A program made the position numbers and the translations under genes. Below, piece after piece: positions 26,073 to 35,436 of a DNA stretch of 60,933 bases. The notes under the pieces were generated by a model. The model was not told the origin of the DNA. It was given only the letters and a program-made list of their open reading frames with translations, and ran no database searches. This DNA comes from Candidatus Yanofskybacteria bacterium. GTDB taxonomy: Bacteria > Patescibacteriota > Minisyncoccia > 2-02-FULL-40-12 > GWA2-44-9. The stretch spans positions 1 to 60,933 of the forward strand of contig CAIKUK010000024.1 in the NCBI GenBank assembly GCA_903830625.1, written 5' to 3'. Each line of letters starts with the position of its first letter. The first letter of the stretch is position 1.

Positions 26073-26519
26073 ATGCCCCTCGCCGAAAAAGACACATATT
26101 TTGTAGCGGTAAAATTATTCCTGGAGAAAGAGGGGAAGCTTTTTATTTTGAAAGACATGTGGGGCGACTGGGATTTGCCGGGCGGAAGGATAAGAAAGGA
26201 TGAATTCGATACACCGTTGGAACAAATCATCCAGCGCAAGATGTTGGAAGAATTAGGGGATAACGTTAAATATACCGTCGGACGGCCGGTTGTTTTTATG
26301 CGCCATCAGCGCGAAGAAGCCACGGCCGACAAACAAGTCATCAGAATTTTCGCCATCGGTTATGAAGGGACTTTAATCAGCGGGGAACCGCGTCTCGGCG
26401 ACCACCACGTGGAAATGAAATGGGTAGATATCGCCACTTTCAAACCCGAAGATTATTTCACCGGCGGTTGGCTCCAAGGAGTCCAGGATTACTTAAAGAT
26501 CCGTCGGGCAAAAAAATAA
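26073..26519 (+). CDS. NUDIX hydrolase (start ATG 26073)
   Basis: WDLPGGRI...QRKMLEELG nudix-like box; H.EMKWV. Confidence 0.8.
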   Translation: MPLAEKDTYFVAVKLFLEKEGKLFILKDMWGDWDLPGGRIRKDEFDTPLEQIIQRKMLEELGDNVKYTVGRPVVFMRHQREEATADKQVIRIFAIGYEGTLISGEPRLGDHHVEMKWVDIATFKPEDYFTGGWLQGVQDYLKIRRAKK

Positions 26520-26550
26520 CTCCGATACATTTTTTTAGTTATTCAAACTC

Positions 26551-27504
26551 ATGCTTATTAACGACCGTATTTATGGGAAAGCTAAAATTACTTTACCAGT
26601 AATTGTTGAGCTCATTAAATCAAAACCAATCCAACGGTTAAAAGGTATTTGCCAATTCGGGGTTCCAGACGAGCTTTATAATCAAAAGAATTATAATCGA
26701 TTTGAACATAGTATTGGAGTGATGATTTTGTTAAAAAAACTGGGCGCTTCGGAAGAGGAACAAATCGCCGGCCTTACCCACGACGCTTCTCATACTGCTT
26801 TTTCCCATGTCATAGACTGGGTTGTCAGCGACGGGGGAGCAGAAGAAGAACAGGATAGGCAACACGAGAAATTTATTTATTCTTCTAAGATTAGCCCCAT
26901 TCTTATTAAATACGGGTATAGTTCGAAAAGAATCGCTAATTGTCACAATTTCAAATTACTTGAAGATAAAATACCGAATATTTGCGCCGATAGATTGGAT
27001 TATGCTTTTCGGGAATTTCCCAAAAGCATCGCTGATAAATGCTTGCAGTCGTTATTAATAAAAAAAGGCCGGCTTGTTTTTAAAGGCAGCGTGCCGGCAT
27101 TATTATTCGCGAATAACTATCTGGGAAAACAGAAAAATCATTGGGGAAGCTTTGAAGCCGCTTCCCGGTATCGTTTATTGGCCGATGTTATTCGGGAGGC
27201 TATGACCGATAAAATTTTATCGCTCTCCGATTTCTGGCAGGATGATAAATACATACTGAGAAAAATTAAAAAATCTAAAAATCCTAAAATTAAAAAATTA
27301 TTGGGAGTGCTTAGAAAGAAATCACTTTCCAGTTTGCCTAAGAGTAATCTCGTTGTCTATAAAAAATTCCGCTATGTGGATCCAATATTTTTGTCCAATA
27401 ACAAATTAGTGCGTCTCAGTAAGGTAAATAATAATTTTAAACACAGACTGGAAAGCAACCGAAATTATAATAAACGAGGGATTATAATTCCTTCCATTAT
27501 ATAA
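26551..27504 (+). CDS. HD-domain phosphohydrolase (dNTP triphosphohydrolase-like)
   Basis: QRLKGICQFG, RFEHSIGV, AGLTHDASHTAFSHV, ADRLDY. Confidence 0.85.
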   Translation: MLINDRIYGKAKITLPVIVELIKSKPIQRLKGICQFGVPDELYNQKNYNRFEHSIGVMILLKKLGASEEEQIAGLTHDASHTAFSHVIDWVVSDGGAEEEQDRQHEKFIYSSKISPILIKYGYSSKRIANCHNFKLLEDKIPNICADRLDYAFREFPKSIADKCLQSLLIKKGRLVFKGSVPALLFANNYLGKQKNHWGSFEAASRYRLLADVIREAMTDKILSLSDFWQDDKYILRKIKKSKNPKIKKLLGVLRKKSLSSLPKSNLVVYKKFRYVDPIFLSNNKLVRLSKVNNNFKHRLESNRNYNKRGIIIPSII

Positions 27505-27520
27505 ATTCTAATAAAATACG

Positions 27521-27542
27521 AGAGCGCCCTAAGGGGCGCTCT
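27521..27542. terminator. Bidirectional hairpin terminator
   Basis: AGAGCGCCC-TAAG-GGGCGCTCT between convergent ORFs. Confidence 0.65.
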
Positions 27543-27948
27543 TTGAAACGACGGCGACGAAACAGGGTGGAGCCCAGCCGTCGCCGGAAAGTAAGGAACT
27601 GATGGTTCTCTGAATTCCCTCGATGGCGACCAAGGCGTCCCAGTGGGAGTTGTCATCTCGAAGCCAGAGGCAAACCCTGATACCCGTGATCTTCTCCATC
27701 TCGGAGACATCGGCGAGGTAGTCGAACCGGTTGGCCAGGACTTTGCCTTCTCTTTCGATCATCGCGAGGATGTCAGCGGTCAGGCAGTATCTTTCCACTG
27801 GCAGCCATTCGATCTTCGGCTTTTGTTGATTGAGCCGGAAGCCCTTGAGTATCCAACGCTCAACGGCTGAACACTGGAAACGCAGTCTTTGGAGCAATCT
27901 TCGGGATGCTTCCACTTCCTTGCTCACATAACGTCTTTTCACCGCCAC
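27529..27948 (-). CDS. Hypothetical protein (ORFan cassette); start GTG 27948 or 27942
   Basis: SD AAGGAGG and TTGACT-N18-TATCAT upstream on the minus strand; GC-richer than neighbours. Confidence 0.6.
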   Translation of the reverse strand: MAVKRRYVSKEVEASRRLLQRLRFQCSAVERWILKGFRLNQQKPKIEWLPVERYCLTADILAMIEREGKVLANRFDYLADVSEMEKITGIRVCLWLRDDNSHWDALVAIEGIQRTISSLLSGDGWAPPCFVAVVSKSAP

Positions 27949-28011
27949 CTCCTTGAGTTGAGACCAGAACCTGCAGGTATGATATTCTTAAACTAACCCC
28001 AAAGTCAATTT

Positions 28012-28926
28012 ATGCGCAAATCCACATCTATAAAAATACTGGTCGTGGTTGTCGGTATCGCTTTATTTGCGACGGCCGGTTATTTTGCCCGGCTGTATTT
28101 GAATAATCGGAACTCTTCAGTTGTTCAAGCTACTCCTACTCCAATTCCAGAAACGCCAACAGCCACGCCTATCCCGACTCCGACACCCCGGCCTTCGCCA
28201 ACAGCTTCGGCGGGCGCAACAACTCCAACCCCAAAGCTGGCCACGCGGATGGAGTATGTCTTACAACAACTGACCGATGCTGGATTTAATCCGGTTCAAG
28301 TGACGCAAGTCCTGACCGACCCCAGATTGAAACTATATCCAATAAAACAGGTGGCTTACAAAGAACCGGATTGGAACGCGATTAAATTAAAACTTTACGC
28401 TCCTGATTTTGTTCAAAAAGGCAAAGATTATATCGTAGCCAATCAAACTGTGTTTGATAATGCCGAAAGAGATTTTGGCGTGCCTAAAGAAGTCCTGGCC
28501 GGCGTGATTGCTATTGAAACAGAATTCGGCGCCAACTCCGGCTCCACGCTTACGTTCAACGCCTTATATTCGCGGATGCAACAATGGCCGGAAACAACAT
28601 GGCAATATCAAGCCGCCCAGCTCGTCGCGCTGGCCACTTATTGTTTAAATTCGCAGACGGATTGTTTTACGATTAAAGGCTCGTATGCCGGCGCGCTGGG
28701 TATTGTCCAGTTCATGCCCATTTCTTTATTAAATTACGGTATTGATGGCAATAAGGACGGCGTGATTGATTTGTATAATCCGGCTGATGCCATCCCCAGC
28801 GAGGCCAATTTCCTGGCGCGACACAACTGGCAAGGCGACCATATCGCCACTCTCACAGCCTATTATGGCCGTTCTGAGGGCTATCCGGAGATAGTTCTCG
28901 CTTACGCCGTTCTTTTGACCCAGTAG
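28012..28926 (+). CDS. MltB-like lytic murein transglycosylase (SLT_2)
   Basis: GVIAIETEFG, GSYAGALGIVQFMP, DGNKDGVIDL..PADAIPS.ANFL; N-terminal TM and Thr/Pro linker. Confidence 0.88.
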   Translation: MRKSTSIKILVVVVGIALFATAGYFARLYLNNRNSSVVQATPTPIPETPTATPIPTPTPRPSPTASAGATTPTPKLATRMEYVLQQLTDAGFNPVQVTQVLTDPRLKLYPIKQVAYKEPDWNAIKLKLYAPDFVQKGKDYIVANQTVFDNAERDFGVPKEVLAGVIAIETEFGANSGSTLTFNALYSRMQQWPETTWQYQAAQLVALATYCLNSQTDCFTIKGSYAGALGIVQFMPISLLNYGIDGNKDGVIDLYNPADAIPSEANFLARHNWQGDHIATLTAYYGRSEGYPEIVLAYAVLLTQ

Positions 28927-29619
28927 TTATTGGTAGTTCGGCGAATCTCGATAGACGAATTTTTTGAATTTTGACCAGGCGGTTTTAGGCTTTTTGATGA
29001 CTTGAATGACTTTGCCGTTCACTAAATAATTATCCATATCGTCGCGATGGATGAAAATAGGGGAGAAGCTGGCGCTGGATTCGGAAAGAAGAATGATGCG
29101 CTGATTGTCGCTGTCTTTGAAATAACGTTTGATGTTGGCCATGCCGTCAATGATAGAGAGAACATAATCGCCGTTACGGACGGAAGTGAAAGTCGGGTCC
29201 ACGAGAACATAATCACCGTCCTCAACCGAGAGACCGTTGATGTTGGCTCGGTTCATGGAATGACCTGAAGCCTTGATGGCGAAGATGCCCCTTTTCTTGC
29301 TTAATAGTTTACCTGAAACTCGGAGATAACCTTCGGCTTCCTGTTCCGCATACGCAGCTGCTGGGCCGCAATTGGCGGTGCCCAAGATCGGTACGGCAAA
29401 GAGCGAACTTTTACTGGCGAAGAGACCAGGCCGAGTTTTGACCATGATTTTGGAGAGGCGATCCATCTGAATGAGTCCATTTTTCTCAAGTTGAAGAAGG
29501 TGGTGTTTAATTTTTTGTGGGGAAGTTTCATTGACGAGTTTACCGATGTTACGAAGGCTCATATTCGCTAAGTCATTTTTCTCGGCTAGCTTCAAAATTT
29601 TTTCTTGAAGGATATGCAC
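28927..29619 (-). CDS. lexA: LexA-like repressor / S24 peptidase
   Basis: N-terminal wHTH (KIKHHLLQLEKNGLI), cleavage loop GTANCG, Ser in ASGHSMN, DGDYVLVD, Lys in ANIKRY. Confidence 0.8.
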   Translation of the reverse strand: MHILQEKILKLAEKNDLANMSLRNIGKLVNETSPQKIKHHLLQLEKNGLIQMDRLSKIMVKTRPGLFASKSSLFAVPILGTANCGPAAAYAEQEAEGYLRVSGKLLSKKRGIFAIKASGHSMNRANINGLSVEDGDYVLVDPTFTSVRNGDYVLSIIDGMANIKRYFKDSDNQRIILLSESSASFSPIFIHRDDMDNYLVNGKVIQVIKKPKTAWSKFKKFVYRDSPNYQ

Positions 29620-29650
29620 TAGTTGTTTGGGTTAGGTTGTTTATGTGTCA

Positions 29651-29680
29651 AGTATATCATGTGGAGTTGTCCACAGTCAA
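29651..29680 (-). promoter_or_regulatory. lexA promoter with palindromic candidate operator
   Basis: TTGACT-N18-(TG-A)TATACT; spacer contains TGTGGA-N4-TCCACA (29660-29675). Confidence 0.5.
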
Positions 29681-29759
29681 TTTGACACTCTTGACGGGAG
29701 AGAGTGGCTGTTAATACCGATATAGGCAGGCCTATTAAAAGACAGTATAATGGAAACAC

Positions 29760-32102
29760 ATGAGCGACATTGACTCAATCAAGAAATATGTGCGGGCGGC
29801 GAACTATCTTTCGGCGGCCCAGATTTATTTACAGAACAATTTTTTGTTAGAGCAAAAGCTGGCTTCGGACGATATCAAACCCCGACTGCTCGGCCACTGG
29901 GGCACTTGTCCGGGGATTAATTTTCTATACGCCAATCTCAATTTTCTTATCAAAAAACACGCGATTGATATGATGTTCGTGCTCGGTCCGGGCCACGGTT
30001 TTCCGGCTCTGCAAGCCAACTTATTCATGGAGGGCACACTTCAAAAATTTTATCCTGAAGCGACGCCAAATCTAGACGGGCTAGGTTATTTGATGAAAAA
30101 TTTCAGCTGGCCATACGGCTTTCCGAGTCACTCCAATCCGGGTACGCCGGGAGTTATTCTTGAGGGCGGAGAACTGGGTTATTCTCTTTCTACTTCCTAT
30201 GGCGCAGTACTGGATAATCCCGACTTGATTGTGACCTGCTTGGTGGGCGATGGCGAAGCGGAAACTGGCCCCACAGCCACGGCTTGGCATTTAAATAAAT
30301 TTGTTGATCCGGCTGTTAATGGCGCGGTCCTGCCGGTGCTGCATTTAAACGGTTATAAGATTTCCGGGCCAACTATCTTTGGCCGGATGTCCAACCGCGA
30401 ACTCAAATCCTTATTTTACGGTTATGGTTACGAGCCAATGATAGTGGAAGGCACCGACGCGGTCATCTATGAGCGGATGATGAAGACGCTGGAAGAGGCT
30501 TATCAGAAAATTCGGGCTATTCAAACCCAGGCGCGAAGCGGGCAGGCTGTCATATCGCCTAGATTCCCGATGATAATCATGCGCACACCCAAAGGCTGGA
30601 CAGGAATCAAGAAATTAAAAGGCGAAAAGATGGAAGGCAATGCTTTATCTCACCAAGTGGTGGCGCCGTTGGCCAAAACCGACAAGGTGGAATTGAAAGC
30701 GCTGGAAAAGTGGCTACACTCGTACAAGTTTGAAGAATTATTCAGTCCGACCGATGGCTTGAATGACGAAATCAAAACACTAGTGCCGGATGAAGGCTTA
30801 AAGATGGGTTCCAGTAAGCATGTTTTCGGCGGAGAAGCGACCAAGAATTTATTATTACCGAAAGTCCAAGAATTTATGGAAGACGCTTCCGTACCGGGCA
30901 CAATCGGTTCCAGCAGTATGGTCCGCACGGGTTTGTACCTGAACGAAGTTTTCAAACTCAATAAAGATAATTTCAGATTGTTCTCGCCGGACGAAACTTA
31001 TTCCAACAAACTGCAAGCGGTTTTCCAAACTACCTCGCGGGCCTTTACATGGCCAATAAAAGAATGGGACAAAGACATGACACCGTCAGGCCGGGTAATT
31101 GAAATGTTGAGCGAGCATTCGTTGCAGGGATTAATGCAAGGCTATGCGTTGACGGGCCGATATGGCATCTTCGCGACCTATGAGGCTTTTGTCCAAATCG
31201 TTTCCAGTATGGTGGACCAATATGCCAAGTTCTTGAAACAATCCCGAGAGCATTCTTGGCGCGGCGATGTGCCATCTATCAACTACATTTTAACCTCTTC
31301 CGGTTGGCGTCAGGAGCATAATGGCTTTTCTCACCAAAACCCAGGTTTTATCAGCGATATTCTGCAAAAACCAGGTTGCAACGCGCACGTGTATTTTCCG
31401 CCGGACGGCAACACCACACTGGCGGTTTTAGAACGATGTTTGTCTTCCAAAAACGGCATTAATTTGATTGTCGCCGGCAAGACTCTGGAACCCCGCTGGC
31501 TGACACCCGAACTGGCTGTTCGACAACTGGAACAGGGCATGATGACCTGGGATTTTGCCAGCGAAGAAAATCCGGATATTGTTTTTGGCGCGGCCGGAGA
31601 ATATTTAACCAAAGAAGCGCTGGCGGCGATTGATGCCATCAAAACGCATACGCCGGAGGTGCGAGCACGATTCGTGAGCGTGATGGAGTTAACATCTATG
31701 GGCTTAGGCAATTCGGAATGCAAAATGCCATTAAGCTTTGATGAGTTGTTTACTCATGACAAACCGGTCATCTTTAATTTCCATGGCTATCCGCAAGCGT
31801 TGAAACAAGCCTTGTTTAACACCGGCGAAAGAAGCGGACGTTTCTCGGTTCACGGCTATATCGAGAACGGTTCCACCACGACGCCTTTTGACATGCAAAT
31901 CCGCAACGAAACCAGCCGTTATCATTTGATAATTGAAGCTTATGAAAAATTAGCGAAGAGCCATGTGGTGGAACAGGGAAAAGCCGAAGAGCTTATCGCG
32001 CAATATAAAATAAAAATTCAGGAACACGGCGAATTCATCCGCAAGCACGGCGTTGATCCTGATGAAATAGAACAATGGCAATGGCCCGCCAAAATTTCCT
32101 GA
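29760..32102 (+). CDS. xfp: Xylulose-5-P/fructose-6-P phosphoketolase
   Basis: GHWGTCPG, GPGHG, EGGELGYSL, GDGEAETG TPP motif, LHLNGYKIS, SPDET.SN, LSEH, QEHNGFSHQNPG. Confidence 0.97.
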   Translation: MSDIDSIKKYVRAANYLSAAQIYLQNNFLLEQKLASDDIKPRLLGHWGTCPGINFLYANLNFLIKKHAIDMMFVLGPGHGFPALQANLFMEGTLQKFYPEATPNLDGLGYLMKNFSWPYGFPSHSNPGTPGVILEGGELGYSLSTSYGAVLDNPDLIVTCLVGDGEAETGPTATAWHLNKFVDPAVNGAVLPVLHLNGYKISGPTIFGRMSNRELKSLFYGYGYEPMIVEGTDAVIYERMMKTLEEAYQKIRAIQTQARSGQAVISPRFPMIIMRTPKGWTGIKKLKGEKMEGNALSHQVVAPLAKTDKVELKALEKWLHSYKFEELFSPTDGLNDEIKTLVPDEGLKMGSSKHVFGGEATKNLLLPKVQEFMEDASVPGTIGSSSMVRTGLYLNEVFKLNKDNFRLFSPDETYSNKLQAVFQTTSRAFTWPIKEWDKDMTPSGRVIEMLSEHSLQGLMQGYALTGRYGIFATYEAFVQIVSSMVDQYAKFLKQSREHSWRGDVPSINYILTSSGWRQEHNGFSHQNPGFISDILQKPGCNAHVYFPPDGNTTLAVLERCLSSKNGINLIVAGKTLEPRWLTPELAVRQLEQGMMTWDFASEENPDIVFGAAGEYLTKEALAAIDAIKTHTPEVRARFVSVMELTSMGLGNSECKMPLSFDELFTHDKPVIFNFHGYPQALKQALFNTGERSGRFSVHGYIENGSTTTPFDMQIRNETSRYHLIIEAYEKLAKSHVVEQGKAEELIAQYKIKIQEHGEFIRKHGVDPDEIEQWQWPAKIS

Positions 32103-32139
32103 TGGAAACTTAGGCGGGTGAACCCTATCCTAATAAAAA

Positions 32140-33300
32140 ATGAAAGATAAATACCTAGTCATTAATATCGGCAGCGCTTCCAAGAAATACGGTCTCTTTG
32201 GTGAGACTGAACTTTGCGGGGTGCACATGGAAAAAACCAGTGACGGCTACTTGGGTGCGGTTATTGTCGGCGAGGAACGGCAAGAAGTGGTTATCACGGC
32301 CGAAGATTATGATAATGCCGGCGCGTATTTAATGCGTCTGGCCGGAGAAAAAAATCTGGCCCAAATAAGCGACATTGCCAAGATTGGTATCCGCATTGTC
32401 GCGCCAGGAAAATTCTTCCAAGAAGATAAAACCATAAACGACAGTTATGTTGCTGCCCTGACCGCCGACCGAGAAATGGCCCCGCTTCATATTGGTCCGA
32501 TATTGGAAGAAATAGAAAAAATAAAAAACTGGGCTAATGGTATTCCACTTTGGGGGATTTCCGACAGCGCTTTTTATAAAGATATGCCGGCCGAAGCCAA
32601 GCTTTATGGCTTGTCAAAAGAACTGGCGGCAGAGTATGGAATTTACCGATATGGCTATCATGGAATTTCAATGAGCTCAGTGCTGGATATCATTCAAAAA
32701 ATGCAGGGTAACGTTCCGGACAGAATGATAATTTGCCATCTCGGCAGCGGTTCAACTATTACGGCTTTAAAAAATGGGAAGCCAATCGATACCTCAATGG
32801 GCTTTACTCCGTTGGAGGGCGTGCCGATGGGTTCGAGAGTGGGCAACATTGATGCGGCGGCGGTGCTATATCTTTTGAAAAAAGGCGGTTTTGATGCCAG
32901 CACGTTGGAGACCGTGCTGTACCGAAAATCAGGATTGCTCGGTTTGAGCGGAAAGACGCAATTTGTAAAAGAACTGATTGATTTGGAAAAAGCGGGAGAC
33001 GCTTCGGCGGGGGAGGCACTGGCGGTTTTTGCGCGCTCGGTCAGGAAATTTATCGGCGCTTATACCGCGCTTTTAGGTGGTCTGGATTGTCTGGTTTTTA
33101 CAGCCACTATCGGCGAGCGCTCCGATTATATGCGGGCAAAAATTTGCGCTGATTTTGAGTATCTGGGTGTGGTTCTTGATGATACCAAAAATACAGCGAC
33201 GATTAGCACCAACGGATTTATCCAATCGGACAATAGTCAAACTAAAATCGCAGTCGTGGTCACGGAGGAAATGGCCGAGATGGTCAAACGATGCGCCTAG
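32140..33300 (+). CDS. ackA: Acetate kinase
   Basis: VINIGSASKK, APLH, RYGYHGIS, CHLGSGS, DTSMGFTPLEG, FTATIGE. Confidence 0.93.
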   Translation: MKDKYLVINIGSASKKYGLFGETELCGVHMEKTSDGYLGAVIVGEERQEVVITAEDYDNAGAYLMRLAGEKNLAQISDIAKIGIRIVAPGKFFQEDKTINDSYVAALTADREMAPLHIGPILEEIEKIKNWANGIPLWGISDSAFYKDMPAEAKLYGLSKELAAEYGIYRYGYHGISMSSVLDIIQKMQGNVPDRMIICHLGSGSTITALKNGKPIDTSMGFTPLEGVPMGSRVGNIDAAAVLYLLKKGGFDASTLETVLYRKSGLLGLSGKTQFVKELIDLEKAGDASAGEALAVFARSVRKFIGAYTALLGGLDCLVFTATIGERSDYMRAKICADFEYLGVVLDDTKNTATISTNGFIQSDNSQTKIAVVVTEEMAEMVKRCA

Positions 33301-33493
33301 TGGCTATATACACCACAAGTGATTATACCCGCTCGTACTCTCGCAGGGCACTGCATCGCCTTCGCTCCTTGGTGCCATATACAACTTAATAGATTAATGA
33401 TATACTTCATTCAAGCAAAACACTTATTTCCAAAGAAGAGTTGTCGACTTCCTCAATACTTAAATTTGCGAAACAAACATTAACTATAAGACT

Positions 33494-33721
33494 ATGAAAC
33501 AAGGTACAATCAAGCGATTAGTGACAGACAAAGGTTTCGGCTTCATCACTCCTGATGACAAGGCGGATTTACCTCCAAACAAAGAAGATTTGTTCTTCCA
33601 CGCGACAGCTGTCGCTGGTGGCGGCACGATTGAATCTTTGAAAGAAGGCGATCGTGTATCCTACAATGTCACCGAAGGTGCAAAGGGACCACAAGCGTCT
33701 GACGTAGCGAAGAGCGAGTAA
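33494..33721 (+). CDS. Cold-shock domain protein
   Basis: KGFGFI (RNP1), LFFH (RNP2), KGPQASDV; extended -10 TG-A-TATACT at 33398-33406 implies a leader of about 80 nt. Confidence 0.93.
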   Translation: MKQGTIKRLVTDKGFGFITPDDKADLPPNKEDLFFHATAVAGGGTIESLKEGDRVSYNVTEGAKGPQASDVAKSE

Positions 33722-33725
33722 TGCC

Positions 33726-33765
33726 AATCAAAAACCGTCCCGGTTAACCGGGACGGTTTTTGATT
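33726..33765. terminator. Intrinsic terminator
   Basis: 18-bp perfect stem AATCAAAAACCGTCCCGG / CCGGGACGGTTTTTGATT. Confidence 0.85.
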
Positions 33766-33938
33766 CGACAGAGATTCTTAGGCCGGCTACAGAGATTCCA
33801 ATTATCGGCAACGGGCTTACACCCGGCCGATCGGAACCTTCTCCGAACAAAGCACGGCCAAGAAACTTCTCCGAGAGTGGACAACAATATGTACAGATTT
33901 AATTCGAAGTTCTACTATTAAAGTAGTAAATACTGAAC

Positions 33939-34613
33939 ATGGTTCAATATGGAGTCAATCAACGCAAAAATTTGGCCATGTCCCTCCGTCGGGGCGGGTA
34001 TTCATATTCAGAAATCCAAAAATTCGTAGCCGTACCCAAAGCGACGTTGTCTTATTGGTTCAAGGACATAAAATTATCAGAAGCTCAACTGTCCCGACTT
34101 CAAAAAAAGAGAAACGAAGCTATTCAGCAGGGGACATTAGTCAGATCAAAGCGAGTCAACGAAGCTATCGAAAAAATTGAAAAGACTTCAGCCAAAGATA
34201 TCAAAGACATATCAAAAAGGGAGTTGTGGCTGATGGGGGTTATGCTCTATTGGCGGGAACGAGTCAGTGATCGGGATGTAAAAAAAGGGGTAAAATTCAC
34301 CAGTTCGGACCCATATCTTATCAGGCTGTTTTTGAAGTGGTTGATGGAGGTTGGCCAGCTCGGGGAAGCAGATGTTTTATGCGATATTTTTGTCGACGAC
34401 GATAAGAAAAAAATCGTCGCTTACTGGTCGGAAGTAACCGGTTTTCCACAGGCCATATTTACCCGGATTTATGTCCAGAAAGCTAAGAAAAAGAGGAAAA
34501 AAAGGAAGGTTAAAAAAGCCGAATTTGGTCTCCTAAGAATCAGGGTCAAAGCCAGCTCCATGCTGGCCCGGCAGTTATCAGGCTGGATTAAGGCTATCCA
34601 GAGTAAAATCTAG
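33939..34613 (+). CDS. HTH plus degenerate LAGLIDADG-like protein (CPR-type hypothetical)
   Basis: LRRGGYSYSEI...VPKATLSYW HTH; GVMLYWRER, VKFTSSDP.LIRLFLKWL, YWSEVTG, GLLRIRV. Confidence 0.55.
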   Translation: MVQYGVNQRKNLAMSLRRGGYSYSEIQKFVAVPKATLSYWFKDIKLSEAQLSRLQKKRNEAIQQGTLVRSKRVNEAIEKIEKTSAKDIKDISKRELWLMGVMLYWRERVSDRDVKKGVKFTSSDPYLIRLFLKWLMEVGQLGEADVLCDIFVDDDKKKIVAYWSEVTGFPQAIFTRIYVQKAKKKRKKRKVKKAEFGLLRIRVKASSMLARQLSGWIKAIQSKI

Positions 34614-34712
34614 TAAACATTACTAATAATTTTATAAGTCTTATCAAGGTTTTATCAGAAACACATAGCAATCTTGATTCGTACTTATAAGAGAGATATA
34701 ATTCATTTAAAC

Positions 34713-34841
34713 ATGAAAAAAGTCCTAATATCTATTGTGATTATTTTGGTGGTTGTAGTCACCGCGGTTTTAGTGATGACTAAATATGCTACGGCTCCGG
34801 AAAACACTTCGGTTTCGCCCTCGTCATCAGCTCAACAATAA
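34713..34841 (+). CDS. 42-aa membrane-anchored/secreted peptide (not in ORF track)
   Basis: MKKVLISIVIILVVVVTAVLVMTKYATAPENTSVSPSSSAQQ*; promoter TTGATT-N17-TATAAT at 34674-34702; next ATG 1 nt after the stop. Confidence 0.6.
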   Translation: MKKVLISIVIILVVVVTAVLVMTKYATAPENTSVSPSSSAQQ

Positions 34842-34842
34842 A

Positions 34843-35436
34843 ATGAAACTACCCCTTCCACTCATTGCAAAATTATTCATTCCGCTGGCCTTCATTATGA
34901 CCGTGATGGCCGGGTTAGTTTACCTGACCGTTCAGCAAAATTTCAGAATGAACGGGAACGATCCCCAGATCCAAATTGCGGAAGACCTTGCGACTCAATT
35001 ATCGGCCGGGGCACCGGTTAATCCAAACAGTCTCACGGCCAGCGTCGACATCTCTAAGAGCCTTTCGACTTTCGTGCTTATTTATGACGATGCCGGGAAA
35101 ATCATCACTGGTTCGGGTAAACTTAACGATCAGTTTCCAGTCCTGCCGGCCGGGGTTTTAGACCATACCAGAACCATTGGCGAGAACAGAATTACCTGGC
35201 AACCCCAGACTGGCGTGAGGGTCGCGCTGGTTATTACCAAGTACGGCGGAGCCAATCCGGGATTCGTGGCCGTCGGCCGTTCTCTCCGAGAAGTTGAACA
35301 ACGAGAGTCAATACTAGGTCTGCAAGTATTAGTTGCGTGGCTAGTAGGTATGGTCGGGTTATTTATCTTGATTGTCGGCGGCGAATTTATGCTTTCCCGT
35401 TTTTCTTCTCGAGAAAATACCCCATCTAATTTATAA
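34843..35436 (+). CDS. Two-TM protein with Cache/PAS-like extracytoplasmic domain and no kinase (start ATG 34843)
   Basis: TM - FVLIYDDAGKIITGSG...GFVAVGRSLREVE - TM, ending about 15 aa after TM2. Confidence 0.65.
   Translation: MKLPLPLIAKLFIPLAFIMTVMAGLVYLTVQQNFRMNGNDPQIQIAEDLATQLSAGAPVNPNSLTASVDISKSLSTFVLIYDDAGKIITGSGKLNDQFPVLPAGVLDHTRTIGENRITWQPQTGVRVALVITKYGGANPGFVAVGRSLREVEQRESILGLQVLVAWLVGMVGLFILIVGGEFMLSRFSSRENTPSNL

Noticed and set aside
33301-33385. Weak palindromic segment with CTCGTACTC after ackA
   Set aside because: The inverted repeat is too degenerate to define ends.
33767-33800. ACAGAGATTC repeated twice
   Set aside because: Only two copies, 10 bp; not CRISPR-like and no cas genes.
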